A DNA stretch of 64,000 nucleotides from Podarcis melisellensis (taxonomy: Eukaryota), in the NCBI GenBank assembly GCA_964234715.1, contig OZ174279.1; one strand, given 5' to 3'. A model generated the notes under the pieces. That model ran no database searches, was not told where the DNA came from, and saw only the letters and a list, made by a program, of their open reading frames with translations. The first letter of the stretch is position 1. The number at the start of each line of letters is the position of its first letter. Position numbers and translations under genes: made by a program. Positions 63,424 through 64,000 of this stretch are shown here, piece by piece.

Positions 63424-63912
63424 GGCTGTATTCAGATGTGGGGTTTATTGTGCTAGTTTTACTGGTGATGATGCTAAAGCTTCTGTCTTGATTCCTAACA
63501 TTCCTTTTACACCTCAGTGCCCTGCAGTGGCGTAGTGTGGGGGGTGCAGGGGGGCCGGCTGCACCGGGTGCAACATCTGGGGGTTAGGGTTAGGGGGCGC
63601 AAATCCACGGGTTAGGGGGCGCAAATCCACGGGTTAGGGGGCGCAAATCCACGGGTTAGGGGGTGCAAATTACTTGCCTTGCCCCGGGTGCTGACAACCC
63701 ATGCTACGCCACTGGTGCCCTGTTGCATTATGGAACGGTGGCTCTTACTGATATACTAGCATGTAGTGCTAAATTTTAAGCAGCAGGAAAGAATTGTATG
63801 CTGTTGTACTACCCTGAATTTTGTCAACACAGAACTCCCGTGATTTCTCAGGTTAAGAGGGCTACAAATTGTTGTTGTTCGAAATGGAACCAACCGCCAT
63901 GTGAATGCAGCT
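63424..63912. mobile_element. Old PIF/Harbinger-like MITE hosting telomeric MITE copy 4
   Basis: TIR ggctgtattcagatg / catgtgaatgcagct (12/15), flanked by ctg on both sides. Confidence 0.5.
63525..63714 (+). mobile_element. Telomeric-motif hAT MITE, copy 4 (4 internal units)
   Basis: TIRs cagtggcgtagtgtggg / cccatgctacgccactg; perfect TSD gtgccctg (63517-63524, 63715-63722); five TTAGGG motifs. Confidence 0.95.
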
Positions 63913-64000
63913 CTGGTATAAGGCAGGGTCATTTCGTTCTATGACAATATATCGCTTGGCTTCACTCAACCTAGAGTTTGTACATTGAGGAGACCAGAAT

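Overview
Non-coding vertebrate DNA, almost certainly from a squamate and most likely a lacertid lizard. The basis is four Sauria/Squam1 SINEs of the Podarcis type with ACCTTT tails, plus Squam2- and Squam3-like SINEs, a Bov-B end and an L2 LINE. I found no host exon I can support; the only convincing coding sequences are retrotransposon remnants (L2 RT at 9.8-10.8 kb, Bov-B at 29.6-29.9 kb). The window alternates between TE-dense stretches, many with verifiable TIRs and target-site duplications (TSDs), and TE-poor AT/TAAT-rich blocks that look like the regulatory landscape of a gene desert or large intron. It has three N gaps. The most striking item is a young non-autonomous hAT-type MITE family in four copies (3195, 36183, 56874, 63525). 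Each has a 17-bp TIR, a perfect 8-bp TSD and an internal array of vertebrate telomeric TTAGGG motifs in a 22-bp unit whose number varies (3, 2, 2, 4). Other oddities: a three-level transposon nest (56.85-57.38 kb), a direct/inverted/direct fold-back triplication at a transposon end (40.2 kb), an old 230-bp palindrome with perfectly kept inner hairpins (5.6-5.85 kb), a repeat core showing a compensatory base-pair change, and a strong CTCF site with upstream motif. Family names come from recall of consensus sequences, not from a database search.
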